A DNA stretch of 64,000 bases from Eubacteriales bacterium. GTDB lineage: Bacteria > Bacillota > Clostridia > Oscillospirales > CAG-382. Positions 10,001 to 19,759 of this stretch are shown here, piece by piece (the first letter of the stretch is position 1; every line of letters begins with the position of its first letter). The notes under the pieces are model-generated. The model did not search any database. It had not been told where the DNA came from and saw only the letters and a program-made list of their open reading frames with translations. The stretch is taken from positions 1,664 through 65,663 of the forward strand of contig JAZSRP010000036.1 of NCBI GenBank assembly GCA_045538555.1, written 5' to 3'. The translations under genes and the position numbers were made by a program.

Positions 10001-10090
10001 GGTTTTTCCGGAACAGACACATTTGAGTATATTCTCAATGACTGTGTTGCAGATTCCCTTCCATCAACGGTTACAATCACCGTAGGTTGA
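7022..10090 (+). CDS. Large lipoprotein: repeated discoidin/F5-8-like modules, DUF4855-type barrel, C-terminal Ig-like (Big_9) domain
   Basis: Lipobox-like FASC; three LTDG...W...ARYVRF-type modules; [29 protein letters not shown] motifs; [30 protein letters not shown]. Confidence 0.75.
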   Translation: [1022 protein letters not shown]

Positions 10091-10106
10091 GTTCTTTTAA
10101 AACATC

Positions 10107-10136
10107 GGGCTGTCTCATTTGAGGCAGCCCTTTTTT
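10107..10136 (+). terminator. Intrinsic terminator of the ilvE-DUF4855 operon
   Basis: GGGCTGTCTC-attt-GAGGCAGCCC followed by T6. Confidence 0.8.
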
Positions 10137-10142
10137 CAAAAG

Positions 10143-10178
10143 AAAAAAGAGACAACTTTAACATAAGTTGTCTCTTTT
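10143..10178 (-). terminator. Intrinsic terminator of the ribosomal superoperon (after rplQ)
   Basis: AAAAGAGACAACTT/AAGTTGTCTCTTTT perfect inverted repeat with T-runs. Confidence 0.8.
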
Positions 10179-10193
10179 GCAAACAAAACTTGA

Positions 10194-10655
10194 TTATTCA
10201 GCGGCTTCCTCAGCTTTGGGAGCTGCTTTTTTTGCGGTTTTCTTTGCGGGCTTTTTCTCTTCTGCTTTGGGCTCGTCCTTTTTAGACTCAACAGCTGCAT
10301 AAAGGGACTCTGCGCCAACCAGCTCGATAAGTGCCATCTCAGCACCGTCGCCTCTGCGGGGACCAAGCTTGAGAACTCTGGTGTAGCCGCCGTTTCTCTC
10401 ATCGTAGAGAGGTGCGATCTTGGTGAAGAGCTTGTATACAACTGCTTCCTTTTTGAGGAATGCAATTGCTGCTCTCTTTGAAGCAAGAGTGTTTTTCTTG
10501 CCGAGAGTGATCATTTTGTCAGCAAGTGCGCTAACTTCTGCTGCACGAGTGACTGTGGTCTCTATCTTTCCTTTTTCAAGCAGAAAGGTTACCATACCCT
10601 TGAGCATAGACATTCTATGCGCTGTGGGTCTGCCAAGTTTTCTTGTTCCGGGCAT
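10194..10655 (-). CDS. rplQ: 50S ribosomal protein L17 with Lys/Ala/Glu-rich C-terminal tail
   Basis: [38 protein letters not shown]. Confidence 0.97.
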   Translation of the reverse strand: MPGTRKLGRPTAHRMSMLKGMVTFLLEKGKIETTVTRAAEVSALADKMITLGKKNTLASKRAAIAFLKKEAVVYKLFTKIAPLYDERNGGYTRVLKLGPRRGDGAEMALIELVGAESLYAAVESKKDEPKAEEKKPAKKTAKKAAPKAEEAAE

Positions 10656-10682
10656 TTCTTTAGGCCTCCTATATTATTTTGC

Positions 10683-11633
10683 TCAGTCGTCGGATCTCCG
10701 AAGTGACAGTCCAAGGGACTGGAGCTTCTGGATGACCTCCTCAAGCGACTTTTTGCCGAGGTTTCTGACCTTGATCATATCTTCCTCGGTTCTGTTTGTC
10801 AAATCCTCTACGGTATCAATGCCGGCTCTCTTCAAGCAGTTGAAGCTTCTGACAGACATATCAAGCTCTTCGATGGTCATCTCAAGAACCTTTTCTTTGA
10901 TGGTCTCTTCTCTGTCTACCATGATCTCTGTGTTCATGGTCTCAGCAGAAAGCTCAACAAAGAGGTTGAGATGCTCATTGAGGATCTTTGCGGCAAGGGA
11001 GACTGCCTCTTTGGCGTCGATCGTGCCGTTGGTGGTCACATCAAGAGTGAGCTTGTCATAGTCGGTGATATTGCCGACGCGAGTGTTTGAAACCGTGTAG
11101 TTTGCTGTAACAACGGGAGTGAAAATCGAATCAGTATAGATCACACCGATAACGGGATTCTCAACCACGCTCTTGTTCTTCTCAGAGGAAACGTATCCTC
11201 TGCCGTGCTCGAAAGTAATCTCCATGTAGAAGGGCGCACCCGGTTCAACCGTTGCGATATGGTGATCCGGATTGAGTATCTCGATATCCGAATCCGCCTG
11301 AATATCGCCAGCTGTGACCTCACCGCCGCGTACGTCGATGATGCACATCTTGGGCTGCTGGCAATGAAGCTTGGCGATAATTCCTTTGACATTGAGAATG
11401 ATTTCCGGTACATCTTCCTTGACGCCGGGAACAGTGGAAATCTCATGCAGCACTCCGTCGATCTTGACGCTGGACGCTGCCACGCCGGGCAGAGAACTCA
11501 AGAGAACGCGGCGAAGCGAGTTACCGAGTGTTATACCATAACCTCTTTCAAGCGGATCGACCACAAACACACCGTGCTTGCCGTCTTCGCTGAGCTCAGC
11601 GGTAACAATGTTCGGTCTTTCGATTTCGATCAT
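10683..11633 (-). CDS. rpoA: RNA polymerase alpha subunit
   Basis: [41 protein letters not shown]. Confidence 0.99.
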   Translation of the reverse strand: MIEIERPNIVTAELSEDGKHGVFVVDPLERGYGITLGNSLRRVLLSSLPGVAASSVKIDGVLHEISTVPGVKEDVPEIILNVKGIIAKLHCQQPKMCIIDVRGGEVTAGDIQADSDIEILNPDHHIATVEPGAPFYMEITFEHGRGYVSSEKNKSVVENPVIGVIYTDSIFTPVVTANYTVSNTRVGNITDYDKLTLDVTTNGTIDAKEAVSLAAKILNEHLNLFVELSAETMNTEIMVDREETIKEKVLEMTIEELDMSVRSFNCLKRAGIDTVEDLTNRTEEDMIKVRNLGKKSLEEVIQKLQSLGLSLRRSDD

Positions 11634-11680
11634 TCTGTTTTCCTCCTAATATTGTCGGACTTTTGATTGCTCAAAAGTGA

Positions 11681-12313
11681 TTATTTCGAATACAGCTCGA
11701 CGATCAGATGCTCTTCAAACGGGAAGTCTACATCCTCTCTCTTGGGAAGCTCTGTAATCGTGGCTACGATGTTCTCCTTGTCGATATCCATCCACGCAGG
11801 TACTGTCCTTGCGGTGATATTCTCGATAAGCACCTTAAATTTGGGGAGTTTGCGGCTGTTCTCTTTGAGCGCTACTACGTCGCCCTTGCGAACCTCATAT
11901 GAAGGAATGTTGACCTTCTTGCCGTTCACGGTGAAATGTCCGTGAAGTACGAGTTGACGTGCCTCTTTGCGGCTCTCTGCCATACCCATACGATAAACTA
12001 CGTTGTCAAGACGACGCTCAATGGTAGTCAGAAGGTTTTCACCGGTCTGGCCCTCTTTGCGGTCTGCTTTTTCAAAGTAGTTCTTAAACTGCTTTTCCAG
12101 AATGCCATAGTACCTCTTTGCCTTTTGCTTCTCACGAAGCTGCAGACTGTACTCCTTGACTCTTCTTCTGCCGTTGCCGGCACCGTGCTGTCCGGGAGCC
12201 TGCTCTCTGCGAGCCAGTGCACACTTATCGCTGGTGCATCTCTCACCCTTGAGATAAAGTTTGCAACCTTCTCTGCGGCAGAGTCTGCATGACGGTCCTG
12301 TGTATCTTGCCAT
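11681..12313 (-). CDS. rpsD: 30S ribosomal protein S4 (zinc-ribbon form)
   Basis: [33 protein letters not shown]. Confidence 0.99.
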   Translation of the reverse strand: MARYTGPSCRLCRREGCKLYLKGERCTSDKCALARREQAPGQHGAGNGRRRVKEYSLQLREKQKAKRYYGILEKQFKNYFEKADRKEGQTGENLLTTIERRLDNVVYRMGMAESRKEARQLVLHGHFTVNGKKVNIPSYEVRKGDVVALKENSRKLPKFKVLIENITARTVPAWMDIDKENIVATITELPKREDVDFPFEEHLIVELYSK

Positions 12314-12331
12314 AATTTTCCTCCGTATCTG

Positions 12332-12730
12332 TTATACGCGTCTTCTCTTGGGCGGTCTGCAACCGTTGTGAGGGATGGGCGTAACATCTTTGATGAGTGT
12401 AATATCAAGGCCTGCTACCTGAAGTGCTCTGATAGCTGCTTCTCTTCCCTGGCCGGGACCCTTGACAAATACCTCGACGGTTTTCATGCCATGCTCCATT
12501 GCAGCTTTTGCAGCGGTCTCTGCTGCCATCTGTGCTGCAAAAGGAGTGGATTTTCTGGAGCCTCTATAACCAAGCTCGCCGGCTGATGCCCACGAAATTG
12601 CGTTGCCCTGCATATCGGTAAGGGTAACGATGGTGTTGTTGAAGCTCGACTGGATATGCGCCTGACCTCTTTCGACGTTCTTCTTCTCACGACGTCTTCT
12701 GATGGTCGTTTTCTTTTGTGCTTTTGCCAT
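12332..12730 (-). CDS. rpsK: 30S ribosomal protein S11
   Basis: [31 protein letters not shown]. Confidence 0.99.
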   Translation of the reverse strand: MAKAQKKTTIRRRREKKNVERGQAHIQSSFNNTIVTLTDMQGNAISWASAGELGYRGSRKSTPFAAQMAAETAAKAAMEHGMKTVEVFVKGPGQGREAAIRALQVAGLDITLIKDVTPIPHNGCRPPKRRRV

Positions 12731-12749
12731 TTTGAATCGCTATCCTCCT

Positions 12750-13118
12750 TTACTTCTTCTTGTTCGCGATTGTCTTGACAGGACCTTTTCTTGTTCTTGC
12801 GTTTGTCTTGGTTCTCTGTCCGCGAACAGGGAGTCCTTTTCTGTGTCTTGAGCCACGATAGCAGTCAATCTCTACCATTCTTTTGATATTGAGCGCAACT
12901 TCTCTTCTCAGGTCGCCCTCGACAACGTACTCGTTCTCGATAACGTCACGAAGCTTTGCAATATCTTCTTCGGTAAGATCTTTGCAACGGGTGTCAGGAT
13001 TCACGCCGGTCTTCTTGAGAATCTCGTTGGAGCGGCTTCTGCCGATTCCGTAGATATAAGTCAGACCGATTTCCACTCTTTTTGCGTTGGGAATATCAAC
13101 ACCGGAAATACGTGCCAT
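12750..13118 (-). CDS. rpsM: 30S ribosomal protein S13
   Basis: [27 protein letters not shown]. Confidence 0.99.
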   Translation of the reverse strand: MARISGVDIPNAKRVEIGLTYIYGIGRSRSNEILKKTGVNPDTRCKDLTEEDIAKLRDVIENEYVVEGDLRREVALNIKRMVEIDCYRGSRHRKGLPVRGQRTKTNARTRKGPVKTIANKKK

Positions 13119-13137
13119 ATTGTTTCTCTCCTATCCT

Positions 13138-13251
13138 TTATCCTTGTTTCTGCTTGTGCTTGGGATTCTCGCAAATGACCATAATCTTGCCCTTGCGCTT
13201 GATGATCTTGCACTTCTCGCATATTTTCTTAACAGAAGGTTTTACTTTCAT
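13138..13251 (-). CDS. rpmJ: 50S ribosomal protein L36
   Basis: Below the ORF-track size cutoff. Manual translation gives [37 protein letters not shown] (37 aa). Confidence 0.98.
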   Translation of the reverse strand: MKVKPSVKKICEKCKIIKRKGKIMVICENPKHKQKQG

Positions 13252-13269
13252 TTTATACCTCCATTCAAA

Positions 13270-13488
13270 TTACTTTGCTCTGAAAGTTATTCTTCCCTGT
13301 GTAAGGTCGTAGATCGATACCTCAACCGTTACCTTGTCACCGGGAACCACTTTGATATAGTTCATACGCATTTTTCCTGAGATATGCGCTGTTACTATGT
13401 GTCCGTTTGTGAGTTTTACTTTAAATACCGTGTTGGGGAGTACCTCAACCACGACACCCTCGCACTCGATTACATCACTTTTAGCCAG
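13270..13488 (-). CDS. infA: Translation initiation factor IF-1 (apparent CTG start)
   Basis: [10 protein letters not shown]...[12 protein letters not shown]...[19 protein letters not shown] lies 7 nt before CTG, giving the canonical 72 aa. Confidence 0.96.
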   Translation of the reverse strand: MAKSDVIECEGVVVEVLPNTVFKVKLTNGHIVTAHISGKMRMNYIKVVPGDKVTVEVSIYDLTQGRITFRAK

Positions 13489-13504
13489 AATAATTCCTCC
13501 TTTG

Positions 13505-13786
13505 TTACAAGAGAATATCGGGATATTTTTCACACAGTTGATTTACATGCTCCCTGATGAAGCGGTTTGTCAACCTATCTCGGGACATATACATATCCTC
13601 TTCCCCGATGCCCTCAATCGGTTTTGTGTGTTTGAGCTTTTTCTTCTTGGGATTTTCTACTTTGCGGAGTCTTCCGTCCGCAACCAAGACGTATCCCGGC
13701 TCATCGCCGATCCCGACGATCACACATATACATCCTTTGTCACGTCCTGCCGAAGATACGACCAGACGCCCTAAACAGTCATCCAT
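13505..13786 (-). CDS. KOW domain RNA-binding protein (L14e-like)
   Basis: [13 protein letters not shown]...[18 protein letters not shown]; conserved position between map and infA. Confidence 0.9.
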   Translation of the reverse strand: MDDCLGRLVVSSAGRDKGCICVIVGIGDEPGYVLVADGRLRKVENPKKKKLKHTKPIEGIGEEDMYMSRDRLTNRFIREHVNQLCEKYPDILL

Positions 13787-13797
13787 GAACAACCTCA

Positions 13798-14550
13798 TTA
13801 AGACGGATCTGTCAGTATCAGCACACCGTTGTCTGTGATGGCAACGGTATTTTCGTAATGAGAGGAAAGGAGACCGTCTGCTGTGACGACCGTCCATCCG
13901 TCCCGCAACGTACGAACCTGATAACTGCCTGCATTGACCATAGGTTCAACAGCGATTGTCATTCCCGTGCGCAGCCGCTGGCCGTGTCCGGGCACGCCAT
14001 AATTTGGTACCTCCGGATCCTCGTGAAGGTGTGTGCCTATCCCGTGTCCGATGTACTCTCTGACAACAGAAAAACCGTTTTCTTCAACGTAGCTTTGGAT
14101 TGCATATCCCACGTCTCCCAGACGTGATCCCTCTTTTATGGCTTTTATGCCCTCATAGAAACTCTGTTTTGTGACATTGATGAGTTTTTGAGTTTGGGGT
14201 GTGACCTCTCCCACCGAAAAAGTGGCAGCACAGTCACCATGGAAACCTTTGTAATACGCACCTACGTCGATTTTTACGATATCTCCATTTTTCAGAACAC
14301 GTGTCCTTGACGGTATCCCGTGAATGACTTCATCATTAACGCTGATGCATGCTGACGCCGGAAACCCGCCATAGCCAAGGAAAGAGGGTTTCGCACCGTG
14401 AGATAAAATGCATTTTTTTATCTCACGGTCGATGCTCTCGGTGGTGACGCCCTCACGGACACACTCACCGCCAATTTCTCTTGCTATTGCGGCGATCCTG
14501 CCGGCATCCCGCATACGGATGATATTCTCACCCGATTTCAAAGTAATCAT
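13798..14550 (-). CDS. map: Methionine aminopeptidase type I
   Basis: CISVNDEVIHGIP, HGDCA, GHGIG, AVEPM, HYENT. Confidence 0.98.
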   Translation of the reverse strand: MITLKSGENIIRMRDAGRIAAIAREIGGECVREGVTTESIDREIKKCILSHGAKPSFLGYGGFPASACISVNDEVIHGIPSRTRVLKNGDIVKIDVGAYYKGFHGDCAATFSVGEVTPQTQKLINVTKQSFYEGIKAIKEGSRLGDVGYAIQSYVEENGFSVVREYIGHGIGTHLHEDPEVPNYGVPGHGQRLRTGMTIAVEPMVNAGSYQVRTLRDGWTVVTADGLLSSHYENTVAITDNGVLILTDPS

Positions 14551-15179
14551 ATTCCGAGTGCCTGCTTGACAAGGACGGTTGTCTCAGCGATACCGTCAGT
14601 GCCCTCTACTGTTTTGAGCAGGCCTTTGTTGCTGTAGTAACCGATAAGCGGTTCTGTTTCGGCATGATATACCGCAAGGCGGTTTTTCACAACCTCGGGT
14701 TTGTCATCCGCACGAAGTGTCAAGGGAGCGCCGCAGGTATCGCAGGTCTCTCCATCCTTTGTGGGATTGTATTTAACATGCCAGCTTGCACCGCAGGCGG
14801 AGCAAAGACGTCTGCCGCTCATTCTTTCAACGATGGTCTCATCGCTGGTCTGAATAGAAAGTACAACGTCAATCTTGACATCAAGTGCGTCAAGCGCCTC
14901 TGCCTGAGGGATGGTGCGGGGGAAGCCGTCAAGAATGAAGCCACCCGCGCAATCATCGTTTTTCAGTCTATCCTTGACGATGCCGATAACGACCTCATCA
15001 GGAACCAGTGCACCCTCGGAGATGGCTTTTTGCGCAGCAAGACCCATAGGAGTACCTGCTTTGATTGCCTCTCTGAGCATTGCGCCTGTAGAAAGTGTGG
15101 GAATATTGAGTTCCTTGCAGATAATTTCTGCCTGAGTGCCTTTTCCGGCACCGGGAGGGCCAAACAGTATAATATTCAT
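14547..15179 (-). CDS. adk: Adenylate kinase
   Basis: GPPGAGKGTQ, LDGFPRT, Zn lid CSAC...CDTC. Start placed at MNIILFG. Confidence 0.98.
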   Translation of the reverse strand: MNIILFGPPGAGKGTQAEIICKELNIPTLSTGAMLREAIKAGTPMGLAAQKAISEGALVPDEVVIGIVKDRLKNDDCAGGFILDGFPRTIPQAEALDALDVKIDVVLSIQTSDETIVERMSGRRLCSACGASWHVKYNPTKDGETCDTCGAPLTLRADDKPEVVKNRLAVYHAETEPLIGYYSNKGLLKTVEGTDGIAETTVLVKQALGI

Positions 15180-15195
15180 ACCGATTTTCAGCTCC

Positions 15196-16476
15196 TTAAT
15201 CAAGGAATCCCTTGTAGTGACGCATTGTGATCTCGCTCTCCAGATCTCTGGTGGTCTCAAGGGCAACGCTGACAAGAATGATCAGTGAAGTGCCGCCGAA
15301 TACCAGATAGGTCAGGGGGCCTTTTTCTGTCCAGGAAAGGAGGACAGGGAAAATTGCCATAAAGGAGAGGAAGAATGAACCGATAAGCGTAACTCTGTTT
15401 ACAACCTTTTTGATGTAATCAGCAGTGGGCTTGCCGGGACGATATCCCAGGATGGTACCGCCGTTTTTCTTCAGGTTGTTTGCAACTTCCACTGTGTTGA
15501 AAGAAATGGACAGGTAGAAATATGCAAATGCAACGATAAGAATGAACATTACGATAACGTAGAAGGGATAATCGGAGTTTGCGGAGAAGTATTTGTTTAC
15601 ACCGTCCTCCCATTTGGGGAAGATGAGCGCCAGTGTTGCGGGCATCATAACTACTGCGTTTGCAAAGATGATGGGCATAACGCCGCTCATGAGTACCTTG
15701 ATGGGCAGAGAGGTGTTCATTCCGCCGTACATCTTACGTCCCACCTGTCTCTTTGCATACTGCACGTTGAGACGGCGCTCCGAGTTGGAGAAAAAGACGG
15801 TAAGAGTGATAATGCCGAGCATCATTACAACTGCAACGATGACCCAAGGCAGGTTGGACCATTCCTGCTTGATAAACGCAAACATGGATGTGATGAGAGA
15901 TGCGCCTCTGGACACGATGTTTGCAAACAGAATCATGGAAATACCATTGCCGATACCCTTTTCGTCAATACGCTCGCCGGTCCACATTACCAGAGCTGCG
16001 CCTGCGGTAAGGCAGGTAACGATAACCACTGCAGGGAACCAGCCCTCAGCAATAAGTCCTCTGTAATTGCTCTTTACGGTGATGTAGTAGCCGTAACCGG
16101 TGACTGCACCGAGCACGATGGTGACGTAACGGGTGATCTTCTGGATCTTTGCCTGACCTTCAGGGCCGCTCTTCTGGAGGCGCTCAAGGGCAGGAATTGC
16201 AATTGCAAGAAGCTGCATAACGATGGATGCTGTGATGTAAGGGCTGACGTTGAGAGCAAACAGAGTGCCCTGTGAAAACGCATAGCCGGACAGCATATTA
16301 AAATAGCTGAACAGTGTTCCATCGGTGTTGCTCATTGCCTCCACAAGTTTGTCACCGTTCACATAAGGAACGGGGATTGCGGAGCCGAGTCTGTAAAGAA
16401 CGATAACGAGCAGTGTGAAAAGAATTTTCTTTCTAAGGTCGGGAATTCTCCAAGCGTTTCCAAAAACCTTGAACAT
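15196..16476 (-). CDS. secY: Preprotein translocase SecY
   Basis: SPYITASIVMQLL, GIGNGISMILF, GVMPIIFA, GYRPGKPT, FGGTSLII. Confidence 0.98.
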   Translation of the reverse strand: MFKVFGNAWRIPDLRKKILFTLLVIVLYRLGSAIPVPYVNGDKLVEAMSNTDGTLFSYFNMLSGYAFSQGTLFALNVSPYITASIVMQLLAIAIPALERLQKSGPEGQAKIQKITRYVTIVLGAVTGYGYYITVKSNYRGLIAEGWFPAVVIVTCLTAGAALVMWTGERIDEKGIGNGISMILFANIVSRGASLITSMFAFIKQEWSNLPWVIVAVVMMLGIITLTVFFSNSERRLNVQYAKRQVGRKMYGGMNTSLPIKVLMSGVMPIIFANAVVMMPATLALIFPKWEDGVNKYFSANSDYPFYVIVMFILIVAFAYFYLSISFNTVEVANNLKKNGGTILGYRPGKPTADYIKKVVNRVTLIGSFFLSFMAIFPVLLSWTEKGPLTYLVFGGTSLIILVSVALETTRDLESEITMRHYKGFLD

Positions 16477-16916
16477 TATACCACCTCAGCCTTTCCGCCG
16501 GCCGCCTCAATCTTTTCCTTTGCCTGTGCAGAGAAAACAGCCGCCTTTACGGTAAGGGCTTTGGTGAGCTGGCCTACGGAAAGAACCTTGAGCCCGTCGT
16601 ATCTATTCTTGATAACCTTGTCATTGATAAGTGTATCAATGTCTACGGTTGCGCCTGTCTCGTATCTGTTGAGCGCCTCAACGTTTACGATAGCATATTT
16701 CTTTGCGAAGTGGTTGGTAAAGCCCCTCTTGGGAAGCTTTCTGTAAAGAGGAAGCTGACCTCCCTCGAAGCCGGGTCTTACACCGCCGCCGGAGCGAGCG
16801 TTCTGACCCTTGTGTCCTTTGCCTGCTGTCTTTCCGTTACCGCTGCCTGCGCCTCTGCCCTTTCTGAAGTTGGGCTTGGCAGATCCGGGTGCCGGAGAAA
16901 GCTCGTGAAGCTTCAT
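16476..16916 (-). CDS. rplO: 50S ribosomal protein L15
   Basis: [36 protein letters not shown]. Confidence 0.99.
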   Translation of the reverse strand: MKLHELSPAPGSAKPNFRKGRGAGSGNGKTAGKGHKGQNARSGGGVRPGFEGGQLPLYRKLPKRGFTNHFAKKYAIVNVEALNRYETGATVDIDTLINDKVIKNRYDGLKVLSVGQLTKALTVKAAVFSAQAKEKIEAAGGKAEVV

Positions 16917-16947
16917 AACTTTGTCCTCCTAATCTGTAATTTGTAAG

Positions 16948-17130
16948 TTATTCAGCATCTTCGACACTGATGAGGTGAGAGATGAGCGTGATCTTGCCCT
17001 GGATGGCTGCATCATTCTCAAGCACTTTGGTATCACCTATCTTTGTGAGTCCAAGGGATTTTGCGGTGAGAATGTGATTCTCTTTGCGGCCGATGAGACT
17101 CTTTTTGAGTGTGATTTTAACCTTTGCCAT
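16948..17130 (-). CDS. rpmD: 50S ribosomal protein L30
   Basis: MAKVKITLKKSLIGRK...LGL; located between rpsE and rplO. Confidence 0.95.
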   Translation of the reverse strand: MAKVKITLKKSLIGRKENHILTAKSLGLTKIGDTKVLENDAAIQGKITLISHLISVEDAE

Positions 17131-17143
17131 TTCTGCAACCTCC

Positions 17144-17641
17144 TTAGTTTGAAAGCGATTCAACGCTGATACCGCGCATGCGAGCAACTTCCTCAGCGGT
17201 ACGAAGCTCTTTCAGTGCTTCGAACGTTGCCTTGAGCACGTTGACAGGGTTGCCGGAACGGAGTGATTTTGCACGAATGTCGCGGATGCCTGCGCTCTCA
17301 AGAACTGCACGCATTGTGCCACCGGCGATGATACCGGTACCAGGTGCTGCGGGTTTGAGAAGTACGCGGCCTGCGCCAAACTCACCGATTACCTCGTGAG
17401 GAATCGTGGTGCCCTTGAGGGAAACCTCAACAACGTTCTTTTTTGCTGCCTCGATGGCCTTGCTGATAGCGTTGGGAACTTCGGCTGCTTTGCCGATGCC
17501 GTAGCCGATGTGGCCTGCGCCGTCACCGACAACTACCAGTGCAGAAAAGCGTGCGATACGTCCGCCCTTGACTGTCTTTGAAACTCTTTTTGTATCTATA
17601 AGAGTCTCTTTAAGTTCGAGTGTGCTGTAATCAGTCTTCAT
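17144..17641 (-). CDS. rpsE: 30S ribosomal protein S5
   Basis: [22 protein letters not shown]. Confidence 0.99.
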   Translation of the reverse strand: MKTDYSTLELKETLIDTKRVSKTVKGGRIARFSALVVVGDGAGHIGYGIGKAAEVPNAISKAIEAAKKNVVEVSLKGTTIPHEVIGEFGAGRVLLKPAAPGTGIIAGGTMRAVLESAGIRDIRAKSLRSGNPVNVLKATFEALKELRTAEEVARMRGISVESLSN

Positions 17642-17650
17642 GTTACCCTC

Positions 17651-18010
17651 CTAAAACTTCAGTCCGGCTTCGCGGGCAGCATCTGCAAGTGCTGCAATAC
17701 GTCCGTGGTAGAGATATCCGCCTCTGTCAAATACGACAGACTCGATTCCCTGGGCGAGTGCTCTTTCAGCTGCAAGCTTGCCTACCTTCTTTGCGGACTC
17801 AACGTTGCCGCCCTCAGTGCCAAATTCTTTCTCGGTACTGGATGCGGTCACGAGTGTCTTTCCGACGGTATCATCAATGACCTGTACATAAATATTTGCA
17901 TTGGAACGATATACACAAAAGCGGGGTCTTTCGGGAGTACCGGAGATTTTGGATCTGACTCGCTTATGTCTATACAGTCTTTTTTTGTTTTTATCTTCGC
18001 GACTGACCAT
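17651..18010 (-). CDS. rplR: 50S ribosomal protein L18
   Basis: [28 protein letters not shown]. Confidence 0.99.
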   Translation of the reverse strand: MVSREDKNKKRLYRHKRVRSKISGTPERPRFCVYRSNANIYVQVIDDTVGKTLVTASSTEKEFGTEGGNVESAKKVGKLAAERALAQGIESVVFDRGGYLYHGRIAALADAAREAGLKF

Positions 18011-18031
18011 ATTGTGTTATTCTCCTTTCCC

Positions 18032-18571
18032 CTATTTACCGGCTTTTCCGGACTTGCGTCTGATGGTCTCATCAGAGTACTTGATTCCCTTGCCAAGGTA
18101 GGGCTCGGGAGGTCTCTTGCCTCTGATCTCAGATGCCAGCTGTCCGACAACCTGTTTGTTTGCCCCGGATACAATAATGATATTGGACTGGGGTACTTCA
18201 AATGTGATTCCATCGGGCTCTTCAAATGTTACGGGATGTGAGTAGCCGATGTTGAGAACCAGTTTTTTGCCTTCTTTTGCTGCTTTGTAACCAACACCGT
18301 TGATCTCAAGCTGCTTTTTGTAGCCATCTGTCACGCCCACAACCATGTTGTTGATGAGAGTTCTGGAAAGTCCGTGGAGGGATCTGTTCTCTTTCTCATC
18401 GTTGGGACGCTTTACGGTCAGAACGCCTGCATCGATCTCAATGATCATAGCGGGGCTGATCTGCTCGGAAAGGGTGCCCTTGGGGCCGGTAACGGTCACA
18501 AAATTGGACTCTGTGATGTCTACGTTTACGCCTGCGGGGATGGTGATGGGCATTTTACCTATTCTTGACAT
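18032..18571 (-). CDS. rplF: 50S ribosomal protein L6
   Basis: MSRIGKMPI, PPEPYLGKGIKY. Confidence 0.99.
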   Translation of the reverse strand: MSRIGKMPITIPAGVNVDITESNFVTVTGPKGTLSEQISPAMIIEIDAGVLTVKRPNDEKENRSLHGLSRTLINNMVVGVTDGYKKQLEINGVGYKAAKEGKKLVLNIGYSHPVTFEEPDGITFEVPQSNIIIVSGANKQVVGQLASEIRGKRPPEPYLGKGIKYSDETIRRKSGKAGK

Positions 18572-18586
18572 ATCAGTAACCCTCCC

Positions 18587-18985
18587 TTACCAGACGAATG
18601 CAAGTACTTCGCCGCCTACGTTGAGCTTGCGAGCATTCTTGTCGGTCATGATGCCCTTGGATGTGGAAATGATTGCCACACCGAGACCATTTTTTACCTT
18701 GGGAAGCTCCTGGCTGGAAGCGTAGATACGCAAACCGGGTTTGCTGACTCTGCGAAGTCCCTGAATGATTCTTTGTTTGTTCTCACCGTACTTCAGAGTA
18801 ACCTTGATGATACCCTGCTTGTTGTCATCCTCGACGGTGAAATCCTTGATATAGCCCTCGTCCAGAAGAATCTGAGCGATTGCTTTTTTGAGGTTGGAGG
18901 CGGGAATCTCAACAGTCTCATGCTTTGCGGTGTTTGCATTGCGGATTCTGGTGAGCATATCTGCCACTACGTCTGTAATCTGCAT
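18587..18985 (-). CDS. rpsH: 30S ribosomal protein S8
   Basis: [30 protein letters not shown]. Confidence 0.99.
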   Translation of the reverse strand: MQITDVVADMLTRIRNANTAKHETVEIPASNLKKAIAQILLDEGYIKDFTVEDDNKQGIIKVTLKYGENKQRIIQGLRRVSKPGLRIYASSQELPKVKNGLGVAIISTSKGIMTDKNARKLNVGGEVLAFVW

Positions 18986-18999
18986 TTTTTCTCCTCCTC

Positions 19000-19185
19000 T
19001 TACCAGCTGGCTTTCTTCACGCCGGGAATCTCGCCCTTGTAGGCAAGCTCTCTGAAGCAGATACGGCAAATACCGTATTTGCGGAGATAAGCGTGGGGTC
19101 TGCCGCATATTTTGCATCTGTTATATTTGCGGGTGGTGAATTTCGGCGTCTGCTGTTGCTTGAGCACCATTGATTTTCTTGCCAT
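19000..19185 (-). CDS. rpsZ: 30S ribosomal protein S14 type Z (zinc-binding)
   Basis: RCKICGRP...ICRICFRE; 61 aa. Confidence 0.97.
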   Translation of the reverse strand: MARKSMVLKQQQTPKFTTRKYNRCKICGRPHAYLRKYGICRICFRELAYKGEIPGVKKASW

Positions 19186-19198
19186 AATTATACCTCCC

Positions 19199-19741
19199 TT
19201 ATTCCTTTGCGAACGGTGCGCCGAGGAGTGTCAAAAGCTCTTTTGCTTCCTCGTCGGTGTTCGCTGTGGTAACAAATATAATGTCCATACCTCTGATCTT
19301 GTCGACCTTGTCATACTCGATCTCGGGGAAAATGAGCTGCTCTTTGAGGCCTACGGAATAGTTTCCTCTGCCGTCAAATGCGTTGGGGTTGATACCCTTG
19401 AAGTCTCTCACGCGGGGCAGTGCGAGGTTGAAGAATTTGTCAACAAACTCGTACATATTTTCCTGTCTGAGAGTAACCTTTGCACCGATCTTCATGCCTG
19501 CTCTCAGCTTGAAGTTGGAGACAGACTTTCTTGCAACGGTGGGAACACCCTGCTGGCCGGTGATGAGAGCCAGATCAGCCAGAATGTTGTCGATAACCTT
19601 GGAATTGTCTTTTGCGTCACTTTCGCAGCAGTTGATGACAACTTTCTCGAGACGAGGAATCTGCATCGGGCTCTTGTAGTTAAATTTCTTCATCAACGCG
19701 GGAGCAACGTCGCTGACGTAATATTCTTTCAATCTTGACAT
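19199..19741 (-). CDS. rplE: 50S ribosomal protein L5
   Basis: [21 protein letters not shown]. Confidence 0.99.
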   Translation of the reverse strand: MSRLKEYYVSDVAPALMKKFNYKSPMQIPRLEKVVINCCESDAKDNSKVIDNILADLALITGQQGVPTVARKSVSNFKLRAGMKIGAKVTLRQENMYEFVDKFFNLALPRVRDFKGINPNAFDGRGNYSVGLKEQLIFPEIEYDKVDKIRGMDIIFVTTANTDEEAKELLTLLGAPFAKE

Positions 19742-19759
19742 TGTTTTACCTCCCTGCTA

